From positions 224,001-288,000 of the forward strand of contig OZ220090.1 in NCBI GenBank assembly GCA_964291625.2: a DNA stretch of 64,000 nucleotides, written 5' to 3'. This document shows positions 10,406-19,525 of the stretch, one piece after another (within the stretch, counting starts at the first letter, position 1; each line of letters starts with the position of its first letter). The translations under genes and the position numbers were made by a program. Source of the stretch: Candidatus Latescibacterota bacterium (GTDB taxonomy: Bacteria; Latescibacterota; UBA2968; UBA8231). Below the pieces are notes generated by a model, which had not been told where the DNA came from, ran no database searches, and saw only the letters and a list, made by a program, of their open reading frames with translations.

Positions 10406-11224
10406 TCAGCGCCGGCCCAGGTCGTCGCCGAGGTCCGTGTAGTCGAAGCGGCCCTTCTCGGCGCAGACGGCGACCACCAGCAGCTCCAGGTCCTCCCGGG
10501 TGTGGTTGTAGAGGCCGTGGCGGCCCCCGAGCCGGCTGGGGATCGCGTCCCACCGCCCGACCTCCCGGGTCTCGTCGTCCACCGTCATGCGGCCGCCGCC
10601 CTCGACGAGGATGTAGACCTCCTCGACGCCCTCGTGGCGATGGTAGCCGATGGAGGTCTCCGGCGGCATCAGGCAGTGGGCCAGAAAGTGAAAGTTGCTG
10701 CGGAAGTCCTCCGGCCCCCAGAGGGTGCGGACGCCGACCTCGCCCCGGCCGCCGTGGCAGCGGACGTACTCCAGGCCCGCCCGGTCCAGCCGCCCCACGG
10801 GCAGACGGTCGGTCGACTCCAGCTCCGCACCCGCGCGGTCGTCGCCCAGGTCCGTCGACTTGGGCTCGCCCCCGGGCACGACGCAGTGGACGTTGAACCA
10901 GCGCGTCTCGCGGTCGGTGTGGTTGTAGATGGCGTGGTTCTCGCCCGAGCGCAGGGGTACGGCGGCGCCGCCCTCGACCGCGGCGGTGCGGCCGTTGTGG
11001 GTGAACTGCGAGGCGTTGTCGACGGTGATGAAGATCTCCTCGCTGTCGTCGTGGCGGTGCAGTCCGATGCCGCCGCCCGGCAGGAGGACCGCGCTGTGGA
11101 CGAAGGTGAAGGGTGTCTCGAAGTCGTCCCGCTCCCACAGTCTGCCGAAGAGGATGGGGCCGGCGCCGCCGTGGACGTCGCTCAGCTCCTCCATGCTTTC
11201 CCGGTCGGCCCTCGCTACGCGCAT
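10406..11224 (-). CDS. Bicupin domain protein
   Basis: Two IGxHRH..(S/V)EE and H(A/G)(I/L)YN cupin motifs. Confidence 0.85.
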   Translation of the reverse strand: MRVARADRESMEELSDVHGGAGPILFGRLWERDDFETPFTFVHSAVLLPGGGIGLHRHDDSEEIFITVDNASQFTHNGRTAAVEGGAAVPLRSGENHAIYNHTDRETRWFNVHCVVPGGEPKSTDLGDDRAGAELESTDRLPVGRLDRAGLEYVRCHGGRGEVGVRTLWGPEDFRSNFHFLAHCLMPPETSIGYHRHEGVEEVYILVEGGGRMTVDDETREVGRWDAIPSRLGGRHGLYNHTREDLELLVVAVCAEKGRFDYTDLGDDLGRR

Positions 11225-11227
11225 GCC

Positions 11228-11599
11228 TCACCTCTCCCGGTGGAAGAGCTGCAGGTTCAGCTGGTTCGGCCCCTCGAAGAAGCCCAGGGTGATGCCGGTC
11301 CCGCCGCCGACGTCGAAGGGTTCCTTGGTGATGGCCACCCCCTTCTCCTTCAGCTGCCGAGCGCTCTCCTCGACGCTGTCGACCTCGAAGGAGATGTGGT
11401 GGAAGCCGGGGTCGAGCCCCATGGTCTTCCGCGGCATGAGCTCCAGGGTGATCCCGCCGGCATCGAGGAAGACGTAGTCCTCGTCGTCCTCGGTGGGGAA
11501 GCGTTCCACCACGGTGAGTCCGAGCTTCTCCGTGTAGAAGGCCACGGCGCCTTCGATGTCGTCGGTGACGACGGCGATCTTGTGGATCTTGCGTACCAT
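11228..11599 (-). CDS. VOC family protein
   Basis: IAVVTDDIEGAVAFYTEKLGL, HHISFEVD and FFEGPN. Confidence 0.85.
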   Translation of the reverse strand: MVRKIHKIAVVTDDIEGAVAFYTEKLGLTVVERFPTEDDEDYVFLDAGGITLELMPRKTMGLDPGFHHISFEVDSVEESARQLKEKGVAITKEPFDVGGGTGITLGFFEGPNQLNLQLFHRER

Positions 11600-11654
11600 C
11601 GGATTCCCTCCTGGTCTGAACTGCTCTGGAAAGTGCCCCTGCGGCATGGGCCTG

Positions 11655-12642
11655 TCAGTTGCCGGCCGCTTCCTCCTTCAACCCGTGCTTGTGGATCGCC
11701 TGCGCCACGGACTCGCACCAGGCCACGAGGGCGTCCATCTCGTCGACGGCCAGCGGGCGATCGACGCGGCACTTGAGGTCCCGCCCCGCGGGTACGAAGA
11801 GTCCCGTCGCTTCCGCCTTCTTCTGCAGAGAGTCGATCTCCTCTGCCGGCACCGCGGTCTTCTTGTCGATGCCTCCCCGGCCGCGCAGGGCCGTGTAGAA
11901 GGTCTGCTTGAAGACCGATCCCGGTGGGTAAACGTAGCCGACGACGACCCGGTTTTCGTCGATGTTGACTCCGAAGGAGAAGCCCCTGCTTCCCCAGTGG
12001 ATGGACAGCGACTTGCCTCTCGCCCAGTCGAGGAGTCTCGAGAAGATCGCTCTCCCATGCTCATCGCAGGAATCCAGGAACCCGGTCTCCGAGATGACGG
12101 GTAGAGATCCGGACTCCAGGCTGGCCACCTTCGCTTCCTGCGTGCCCACAACGACCTCCTGAGACAACAGGCGCCCGCCCTCCTGGGCTTCGAAGAAGGT
12201 GAACTCGATGCAGATGACGCCGATCCCCTTCGATCCCAGGAACGATGCGGTCTGCCTGATCTCGGGCGAGATGCGCTGGCCGATGATGACGATGCGCTGG
12301 TCCTTGTTGAAGGCCACGGCCTCGCCTTCGTCGAGCTCGAAGCACTCCCGGTGACGCTCGACGAGGCCGAGGGACTCGTCGCGTTCGTACAGCCGGAGGA
12401 TCCCCTCGAGCGCGTCGACGTCGAGCCGCTCGGCAAAGGCGGCGTACTCGAGGGCTTGGGCGACCACGTCCCGGGGTGTGCGGTCCCGTTTCAGCTCGAC
12501 TACGACCACGCGTCCCGTGCGGTCCACCCCGAGGAGGTCGATGAATCCTCCGAGGTCGGTGGTCCACCTCGAAGGGCAGCCGCTGGTACTCGGTGAACTC
12601 CTGGTTCGACTCGGACCCTGATCCAATACGGAAGATTCTCAT
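11655..12642 (-). pseudogene. Endonuclease NucS-like (PD-(D/E)xK) protein, frameshifted by an apparent internal deletion
   Basis: The N-terminus (MRIFRI...PFEVDH) and the catalytic part (GFIDLLGVD...VVELKR...AQALEYA) are in different frames, joined near 12555-12566. Confidence 0.65.
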
Positions 12643-12854
12643 GGCATGCCGGTAGCGTCAGCGGCAGGGGAGGGGGGACCATTATCGTCTGCCGGTCTCC
12701 CAGGGAGCAACCCCGGAGGGGGCCGGCTGCCGGCGGGCGGTCTCCGCGGCCCCTGTGCGCGCCAGGCTACACACGGCTGTCACCGCCGGACATCACTGCA
12801 GGGCGTCGGCACAGAGGGACTGGCATGGGCATGGACCTTGCAGAAGGTCCGGCC

Positions 12855-14444
12855 ATGGTCCCGCGCCTCCCCGCCGGGGCGCTGCTCTGCGGCTGCCTCC
12901 TGGCTCCCTGCCTGGCCTCGGAAGATCCCGAAACGGCGCTGCCGGAGGAGGGAGACCAGGCGGCGGCCCAGGCGCGGGCCGATGCCCTGCCGATCGCGGA
13001 CGGGTCCCTGCGCCTGCGTCTGCAGGCGGACTCGGTCTCGCTCGGCGGCGCCCGGATGTACCAGCGCGCCACCTGCCGCGTCGGCCGGTGGGAGGTGGCC
13101 GCCGTTGGCGAGCGCGACCCCGGGGAGCGGCGCTGGTTCGACCACGCCGTGGGCTATGCCCACCGGCGCCCGGAGACGGGCGGTCTGGAGGTGGCCCTGG
13201 GCAGCTTGCGGCCGGCCTTCGGCCAGGGGCTGCTCTTCGGCCGCGGCCGGTCGATGGGCGTTCCCGGGCCGCGGCCCCGGCGCGACGGCGAGGCCGTGGG
13301 CTACCGCTCCGCCGCCGAGAACCGGGACCTGTGCGGGCTCTTCCTGCGCTGGCGCCGCCGGGCCGTCCGCTTCAGCCTCGTGGCCGGCGGCTTCCGCCGG
13401 GACGCCCGCGTCGACAGCAGCGGCGTCGCTCTCTCCCTGCCGGAGGACGGGGTCCACACCGGGTCCCGCCGCGACCAGCGCGACCGCCTGGCGGGGGCGG
13501 TCCTGGGCGCCCGCGCCACCGCCGGGGATGAGGGGGCGCGGGTGGGGGTCACCGTGCAGCAGCTGGCCTTCAACCGGCCCCTTGACCTGCGGCGGCCCGG
13601 CAAGGTCCCCGAAGCCTTCGCCGGCCGCGGGCAGACGGCGGTCGCCGCCGACGGCGTGGCCGGCGTCGGACGGGGGCGCCTGTTCCTGTCGGCGGCCGTC
13701 GCCGGCGGACGGCCGGCCCTGGTGGCCGGGATCACCGGGGTCCACGCGGCCCGGGGCCGCTTCGACCTGCTGGCCCGCGCCTCGGCGGCGGGATTCTTCA
13801 GCCCCTTCGGCGCCTCCGTCCTCGGCGACAGCCCCGAGCTGCGGGGGATCACCGCGCGCGTCCGGGGCCGCGGATGGCAGCTGTGGCTCGACGAGACCCT
13901 TCGGCCCGGGGCCCGCTGGACGGAGCCGGTGCCCGGCGGCAGCAGCGGACTCGGCCTCAGGTGGCGGCGGCGGCCGCTGCGGCGCCTGGAGGTGACCGTC
14001 GACGCGCAGCGCCGCCGGCGCAGCGACTGGTCCGGGGGGTCGCAGAGCTTCCCGGCCACCGAGCGGGCCCGGCTCCGGGGGCGCTGGACACCGGGGACCC
14101 TGCGGCTCGAGGCGCGCCTCGAAGGCGTGCGCAGCGGCGTCCAGCGGGGGGTGGCCCTGGGCCTGGGGAGCCGCCGCCGGACCCCCGGGGGGGAGTGGTC
14201 GGCGCAGGTCACCCGCTACCGGACCGGCGGCTGGGAGACCCGGATCTACGAGTACGAGCAGGACCTGCCGGGAGCGGTCAGCATCCGCCCCCTGTACGGG
14301 GACGGCTGGCGGGTCTGCGCCCTGGCCGGGCGGCGCCTGGACACCCCTCTCGGCCAGGTGGAGCTCTGGCTGCGGGGCCGCCTCCAGGCGCCGCCGCTGC
14401 GGCGGCAGGCGGGCCTCCAGATCGAGCTGGCCGAGCCGCGTTGA
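12855..14444 (+). CDS. Putative outer-membrane beta-barrel protein resembling the C-terminal part of Bacteroidota helix-hairpin-helix-domain proteins
   Basis: Signal peptide, FGQGLL and RIYEYEQDL...LYGDG motifs, and alternating beta-strand patterns. The start codon is uncertain. Confidence 0.5.
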   Translation: MVPRLPAGALLCGCLLAPCLASEDPETALPEEGDQAAAQARADALPIADGSLRLRLQADSVSLGGARMYQRATCRVGRWEVAAVGERDPGERRWFDHAVGYAHRRPETGGLEVALGSLRPAFGQGLLFGRGRSMGVPGPRPRRDGEAVGYRSAAENRDLCGLFLRWRRRAVRFSLVAGGFRRDARVDSSGVALSLPEDGVHTGSRRDQRDRLAGAVLGARATAGDEGARVGVTVQQLAFNRPLDLRRPGKVPEAFAGRGQTAVAADGVAGVGRGRLFLSAAVAGGRPALVAGITGVHAARGRFDLLARASAAGFFSPFGASVLGDSPELRGITARVRGRGWQLWLDETLRPGARWTEPVPGGSSGLGLRWRRRPLRRLEVTVDAQRRRRSDWSGGSQSFPATERARLRGRWTPGTLRLEARLEGVRSGVQRGVALGLGSRRRTPGGEWSAQVTRYRTGGWETRIYEYEQDLPGAVSIRPLYGDGWRVCALAGRRLDTPLGQVELWLRGRLQAPPLRRQAGLQIELAEPR

Positions 14445-14478
14445 CAACCTCGGGGCCGCCCCTTGAGTTTCGGTGGCC

Positions 14479-16026
14479 ATGCGTCTCTCCAGCGACTACC
14501 TGGTCGTCGGCAGCGGCATCGCCGGCCTCTACTTCTCCATCCTGGCGGCGAGGTCCGGGGCCCGGGTGGCGATGGTCACCAAGCAGGAGGCGGCCGACTC
14601 CAACACCAGGTGGGCCCAGGGCGGCATCGCCGCGGCTCTCGGCCCCGGGGACTCGCCCGGGACCCACGTCCGGGACACCCTGGAGGCCGGCGCCGGGCTG
14701 TGCGACCCCGGGGTGGTGGAGACCGTCGTCCGGGAAGGCCCCGGGCGGGTGGAGGACCTCGTCGCCCTGGGGGTGCGGTTCTCCAGGGACGACGGCCGCC
14801 TCAGCCTCGGCCGGGAGGGAGGCCATTCGGCCCACCGGGTGGTCCACGCCGACGACTGGACCGGCCGCGAGCTGGTGCGGGCCCTGCTGGCGGCGGCCCG
14901 GGCCGAGGAGCGAATCACCACCTTCCCCGGCCATCTCGCCCTCGACCTGATCGTCGACGGCCAGGGCCGCTGCCGCGGCGTCTGGGCGAGCCCCCGGGAC
15001 CGCCCCGGCGGCGAGGTCGTCGCCTTCACGGCGCCGGCCACGGTCCTGGCCACGGGCGGCGCCGGCCGCATCTACGCCTCCACCACCAACCCGGCCGTGG
15101 CCACCGGCGACGGCATCGCCATGGCCTGGCGCGCCGGGGCGACGGTGGCCAACCTGGAGTTCTTCCAGTTCCACCCCACGGCCCTGGCCCACCCGGAGGG
15201 ACGGACCTTCCTGATCTCGGAGGCGTTGCGCGGGTACGGCGCCATCGTCGTCAACCACGAGGGCGAGCCTTTCGTGGAGCGGCAGCTCGCCGGCGGCTCG
15301 CTCGCGACCCGGGATGTGGTCGCCCGCGCCATCGTCGCCGAGATGCGGCGCAGCGGCCGGGACTGCGTCTTCCTCGACGCGACGGCCAGGGACCCGGAGG
15401 AGACGCGCCGCCGTTTCCCCAACATCGGCCGCTACTGCGCCGGCCTGGGCATCGACATCACCCGCCAGCCCATCCCCGTGGCCCCCGCCGCCCACTACCT
15501 GTGCGGCGGCGTGCACACCGACATCGACGGTCGAACCGACCTGTCGGGACTTTACGCAGTTGGTGAAGTCGGGCACACAGGGTTCCACGGCGCCAACAGG
15601 TTGGCCAGCAACTCCCTCCTCGAGGCCGTGGTCCTCGCCGGCCGCGCTTTCGAGTCGGCCGATGGTGAGGCGCCCGTGTCCGCCACGTCGATTGCGGGGT
15701 GTCGCGACCGGTCCGGCAGCAGTGTCCCCCGCGCCCCGGCGGCCGACCGCCTGGGGCGGATCATGCTGGAGGAGGTCGGGATCACCCGCACCGACGCGGG
15801 CCTGCGCCGGGCCTGCGATCTCCTGGACGAACTGGACCGCGAGATCCCGGAGGGCGGCCTCGATCCCGCCTCCGTGGCCCTGCGCAACCGCATCGACGTG
15901 GCCCGGCTGGTGGCGCACTCGGCGCGCCGGCGCCGGGAGAGCCGGGGCGTCCACTACAACGAGGACCACCCCGGGCGGGACGACGAGGCCTGGGGCCGCG
16001 TCAGCCTGCGGCGCCGGCAGCCCTGA
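14479..16026 (+). CDS. nadB: L-aspartate oxidase
   Basis: GSGIAG, WAQGGIAA, REGGHS, QFHPT, LISEALRG, HYLCGG, HGANRLASNSLLE and ESRGVH. Confidence 0.95.
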   Translation: MRLSSDYLVVGSGIAGLYFSILAARSGARVAMVTKQEAADSNTRWAQGGIAAALGPGDSPGTHVRDTLEAGAGLCDPGVVETVVREGPGRVEDLVALGVRFSRDDGRLSLGREGGHSAHRVVHADDWTGRELVRALLAAARAEERITTFPGHLALDLIVDGQGRCRGVWASPRDRPGGEVVAFTAPATVLATGGAGRIYASTTNPAVATGDGIAMAWRAGATVANLEFFQFHPTALAHPEGRTFLISEALRGYGAIVVNHEGEPFVERQLAGGSLATRDVVARAIVAEMRRSGRDCVFLDATARDPEETRRRFPNIGRYCAGLGIDITRQPIPVAPAAHYLCGGVHTDIDGRTDLSGLYAVGEVGHTGFHGANRLASNSLLEAVVLAGRAFESADGEAPVSATSIAGCRDRSGSSVPRAPAADRLGRIMLEEVGITRTDAGLRRACDLLDELDREIPEGGLDPASVALRNRIDVARLVAHSARRRRESRGVHYNEDHPGRDDEAWGRVSLRRRQP

Positions 16027-16111
16027 GCGGACCCCCGCTGATTGTCCCTCCCGGGCCGGCCGTTATATTCCCCTCTCTCCCCGCCCTCCTCCCCGCAGGG
16101 AGTCCGCCTCC

Positions 16112-17923
16112 TTGGGCATCGTCGTCCTCGACTTCGGCGGCCAGTACGCGCACCTCATCGCCAACCGGGTCCGGCGCCACCACGTCTGGGCCGAGATCCG
16201 CCCCCCCGACACCCCCGCCGAAGAGCTGGCCCGGGCCGACGGCCTGATCCTCTCCGGCGGGCCCTCCAGCGTCTACGCCGACGACCGCCCGCCCTTCGAG
16301 GAGACGGTCCTGGCCACCGGCAAGCCGATCCTCGGGCTGTGCTACGGACATCAGTTGCTGTGCCACACCCTCGGGGGCCGCGTCGAGCGGGGCGAGCGCA
16401 TGGAGTACGGCGCCGCCTCGCTGGAGGTGACCGCGGCCACGGGGGTGCTGGCCGGCCTGGGTTCGCGCGAGCCGATCTGGATGAGCCACCGCGACCGGGT
16501 GGAGGAGATCCCCCCGGGGTTCCGGGTCCTCGGCCGCACCGAGGACTGCCCGGTGGCCGCCATGGGCGACGACGGGCGCCGGATCTACGGCCTCCAGTTC
16601 CACCCCGAGGTGACCCACACCGACTCGGGGATGCGCATCCTCGACAACTTCCTCGACCTGTGCGGCTGCGAGCGCGACTGGACGATGGAGGGCTTCATCG
16701 ACCGCTCCATGGAGCAACTGAGGGACCAGACCCGGGGCCGGAAGGTCTTCCTCCTCGTCTCCGGGGGCGTCGACTCCACCGTCTGCTTCCTGCTGCTCAA
16801 CCGCGCCCTCGGCACCGACCGCGCCCTCGGCCTGCACATCGACAACGGCTTCATGCGCAAGGGCGAGACCGCCGCCGTGGAGAGCCTGCTCAAAGAGTCG
16901 GGGTTCTCGAACCTCAAGGTGGTCGACGCCGGCGCCGCCTTCCTCGCCCGCGTCGCCGGGGTCGCCGACCCGGAGGCCAAGCGCCTGGCCATCGGCGAGG
17001 AGTTCATCGAGGTCCGCGACCGGGTGCTGGCCGACCTCGACCTCGACCCGGACCAGTGGCTCCTCGGGCAGGGCACCCTGTACACCGACACGATCGAGTC
17101 GGGGGGCACCGACCACGCCGAGGTCATCAAGACCCACCACAACCGCGTCGGCGTGATCGAGCGCCTCCTGGCCGAGGGCAAGGTGGTGGAGCCCCTGAGC
17201 CAGCTCTACAAGGACGAGGTGCGCGAGCTGGGCGAGAAGCTGGGCGTGCCCCACCACCTCGTCTGGCGCCACCCCTTTCCCGGCCCCGGCCTGGCGGTGC
17301 GGTGCCTGTGCGCGGGTCCCGGCGCCGGCCAGGAGGCCGCGGAGCCCATGGGCAGGCTGGACGGTTCCGGCCTGGACGCCGAGTTGCTGCCCCTGCGCAG
17401 CGTCGGCGTGCAGGGGGACGGGCGCACCTATGCCCATCCCGCCCTGCTCACCGCCGCCGGGGCCGCGATCCTGCCCGGGGAGGAGGGCGGGCCCTCCTGG
17501 GACGACCTGGAGCGCGCCTCCACCGAGCTGACCAACTCCACCGACCGCGTAAACCGCGTCCTCTTCCAGCTGGGACCGGAGCGGCGCCTGTCGCAGAGCC
17601 CGCGGGAGGCCTACCTCACGACGGAGCGCCTGGACCTGCTGCGCGAGGCCGACGCCATCGTCATGGAGGCCCTGGACCGCCACGGCCTCATGCCCCGGCT
17701 GACGCAGATGCCCACGGTCCTGGTCCCCCTCTCCTGGGACGGGATCAGCGAGAGCATCGTCCTGCGGCCGGTGACCACCGAGGACTTCATGACCGCCCGC
17801 TTCGGCCGCCTGCCGGCGGACTTCCTGCGCGAGGTCACCGCGCGGCTGCTGGAGCTTCAGGGGGTGGAGGCGGTCTACTACGACGTGACCCACAAGCCGC
17901 CGGGCACGGTGGAGTGGGAGTGA
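16112..17923 (+). CDS. guaA: GMP synthase (glutamine-hydrolysing)
   Basis: LDFGGQY, GLCYGHQ, QFHPEV, SGGVDS, IKTHHN, RHPFPGPGL and KPPGTVEWE. TTG start inferred. Confidence 0.96.
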   Translation: MGIVVLDFGGQYAHLIANRVRRHHVWAEIRPPDTPAEELARADGLILSGGPSSVYADDRPPFEETVLATGKPILGLCYGHQLLCHTLGGRVERGERMEYGAASLEVTAATGVLAGLGSREPIWMSHRDRVEEIPPGFRVLGRTEDCPVAAMGDDGRRIYGLQFHPEVTHTDSGMRILDNFLDLCGCERDWTMEGFIDRSMEQLRDQTRGRKVFLLVSGGVDSTVCFLLLNRALGTDRALGLHIDNGFMRKGETAAVESLLKESGFSNLKVVDAGAAFLARVAGVADPEAKRLAIGEEFIEVRDRVLADLDLDPDQWLLGQGTLYTDTIESGGTDHAEVIKTHHNRVGVIERLLAEGKVVEPLSQLYKDEVRELGEKLGVPHHLVWRHPFPGPGLAVRCLCAGPGAGQEAAEPMGRLDGSGLDAELLPLRSVGVQGDGRTYAHPALLTAAGAAILPGEEGGPSWDDLERASTELTNSTDRVNRVLFQLGPERRLSQSPREAYLTTERLDLLREADAIVMEALDRHGLMPRLTQMPTVLVPLSWDGISESIVLRPVTTEDFMTARFGRLPADFLREVTARLLELQGVEAVYYDVTHKPPGTVEWE

Positions 17924-17966
17924 TGGCGATCCCCCGGCGCGCCACAAGCCGACCCTGCTGCACTGA

Positions 17967-17992
17967 GGGACGGGCCACCCGGCGCCCGTCCC
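17967..17992. terminator. Hairpin between convergent guaA and tyrS
   Basis: GGGACGGGC / GCCCGTCCC inverted repeat. No U-tract. Confidence 0.45.
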
Positions 17993-17994
17993 GC

Positions 17995-19245
17995 CTACCG
18001 GACCAGGTAGTACCGGCTCTTCCCGCGGCGGATCACCACGCAACGGCCGTGGAGGCGGTCGTCCCGGCCGACGCGGCGGGACTCCTCGGTGCAGCGCTCG
18101 CCGTTGAGGTAGATGGCGCCGGCGCCGATCTCCTGGCGGGCCTGCCGCCGGGAGCTGGAGACCCCGGCGTCGACGAGCAGCTCCACGAGGCCCTGCTCGT
18201 CGCCCTCCATGTCGTGGGAGGGCACGCCGTCGAAGGCCAGCTCCAGGTCCTCCTCCCGCAGGTCCCGCACCCGGCCCTGGAACAGGGCCCGCGAGATGCG
18301 CTCGGCCTGGCTGGCGGCCCCGGGGCCGTGGACGACGGCCGTGGCCTCCCGGGCCAGGGTGCGCTGCGCCTCCCGGGCGCCGGGATCGGCGGCCACCGAC
18401 TCCTCGAGCTGGCGGATCTCGTCGGGGTCGAGGAAGGTGAAGATCCGCAGGTAGCTGCCCACCGTGCGGTCGTCGGTGTTGATCCAGTACTGGTAGAATT
18501 CGTAGGGCGAGGTCCGCTCCGCCGAGAGCCACAGGGCCCCGGCCTCGGTCTTGCCGAACTTGGCGCCGCCGGCGCTGGTCACCAGCGGGCAGGTGAGGCC
18601 GAAGGCCTTGGCGCCGTCGGCCCGGCGGATCAGGTCGGAGCCGGCGGTGATGTTGCCCCACTGGTCGCTGCCGCCGGTCTGCAGCTGGCACCCGAGGCGC
18701 CGGTGCAGCTCCAGGAAGTCGAAGGCCTGCAGCACCATGTAGCTGAACTCGGTGTACGAGATGCCGGTCTTCAGGCGTGAGGCGACCGACTCCTTGGCGA
18801 GCATGTAGGGGACGGGGAAGTGCTTGCCCACGTCGCGCATCAGCTCGATGGCGGTGACCCCGGAGAGCCAGTCGAGGTTGTTCACCAGCCGCGCCGGGTT
18901 GGTCCTCACCTCGAAGTCGAGGAAGGGCTCCACCTGGGTCCGGATCCGCTCGGTGAAGGTCTCCACCACCTCCACCGGGTTCAGGGCCCGCTCGCTCTCC
19001 TTGCCGCCGGGGTCGCCGATCAGGCCGGTGCCGCCGCCCACGAGGCAGATCGGGTGGTGCCCGGCCAGCTGGAAGCGGCGCAGCATCAGCAGCGGCACGA
19101 GGTTGCCGATGGTGAGGCTGTCGGCGGTGGGGTCGAAGCCGTTGTAGAGGGTGATCGGCCCTTGGTCCAGCCGCTCCGTGAGGCCGTCGAGGTCGGTGAC
19201 CTGGTGCAGCAGGCCCCGGTACATGAGATCTTCGAGGACGTTCAT
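17995..19245 (-). CDS. tyrS: Tyrosine--tRNA ligase
   Basis: YNGFDPTADSL, GGGTGLIGDP, QTGGSDQWGNI, KFGKT and C-terminal S4 domain (RRGK). Confidence 0.97.
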   Translation of the reverse strand: MNVLEDLMYRGLLHQVTDLDGLTERLDQGPITLYNGFDPTADSLTIGNLVPLLMLRRFQLAGHHPICLVGGGTGLIGDPGGKESERALNPVEVVETFTERIRTQVEPFLDFEVRTNPARLVNNLDWLSGVTAIELMRDVGKHFPVPYMLAKESVASRLKTGISYTEFSYMVLQAFDFLELHRRLGCQLQTGGSDQWGNITAGSDLIRRADGAKAFGLTCPLVTSAGGAKFGKTEAGALWLSAERTSPYEFYQYWINTDDRTVGSYLRIFTFLDPDEIRQLEESVAADPGAREAQRTLAREATAVVHGPGAASQAERISRALFQGRVRDLREEDLELAFDGVPSHDMEGDEQGLVELLVDAGVSSSRRQARQEIGAGAIYLNGERCTEESRRVGRDDRLHGRCVVIRRGKSRYYLVR

Positions 19246-19261
19246 CTCTTTCGCTTCCCGT

Positions 19262-19302
19262 AAAGAAAAACCCCCGATGACGGGATCTCCGTCACCGGGG
19301 GT
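19262..19302 (-). terminator. Intrinsic terminator in the tyrS leader (attenuator)
   Basis: Minus strand ACCCCCGGTGACGG-AGATC-CCGTCATCGGGGGT followed by TTTTCTTT, ending 16 nt upstream of the tyrS ATG. Confidence 0.85.
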
Positions 19303-19324
19303 GTGAGGTCGAAGGGACCGGCGT

Positions 19325-19405
19325 CTAGCGCTCTGTTCCCCCGGTGCGGATGGTCTCGGCCCGGCGGTATCGGCGGTCGCTGACGATCGTTGCATCCGGT
19401 CTCAT
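19325..19405 (-). CDS. Putative tyrS leader peptide MRPDATIVSDRRYRRAETIRTGGTER
   Basis: The ATG lies 7 nt after the -10 box (leaderless). It has a single Tyr codon and contains a 9-nt arm complementary to the terminator 5' arm. Confidence 0.6.
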   Translation of the reverse strand: MRPDATIVSDRRYRRAETIRTGGTER

Positions 19406-19412
19406 GTCGGCC

Positions 19413-19442
19413 AATGTACAAGTCCCCGGCCGAAAACGTCAA
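19413..19442 (-). promoter_or_regulatory. Sigma70-type promoter of the tyrS leader
   Basis: TTGACG-18nt-TACATT on the minus strand. Confidence 0.65.
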
Positions 19443-19525
19443 TCTCGCACTCGGCCCCGCGCGGGGCGTCAGGAGCTCTCCGGCGCTATCTTCCCGTCCA
19501 TCCACCGAATCCAAGGAGATCCCCC

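Noticed and set aside
15314-16111. N-terminal extension of GuaA
   Set aside because: It overlaps nadB out of frame. Homology starts at LGIVVLDFG (16112), after an RBS-like AGGGAG.
19246-19442. T-box riboswitch upstream of tyrS
   Set aside because: I could not find the GGTGGNACC antiterminator motif or a stem I of suitable size. The leader-peptide model fits better, pending an Rfam scan.
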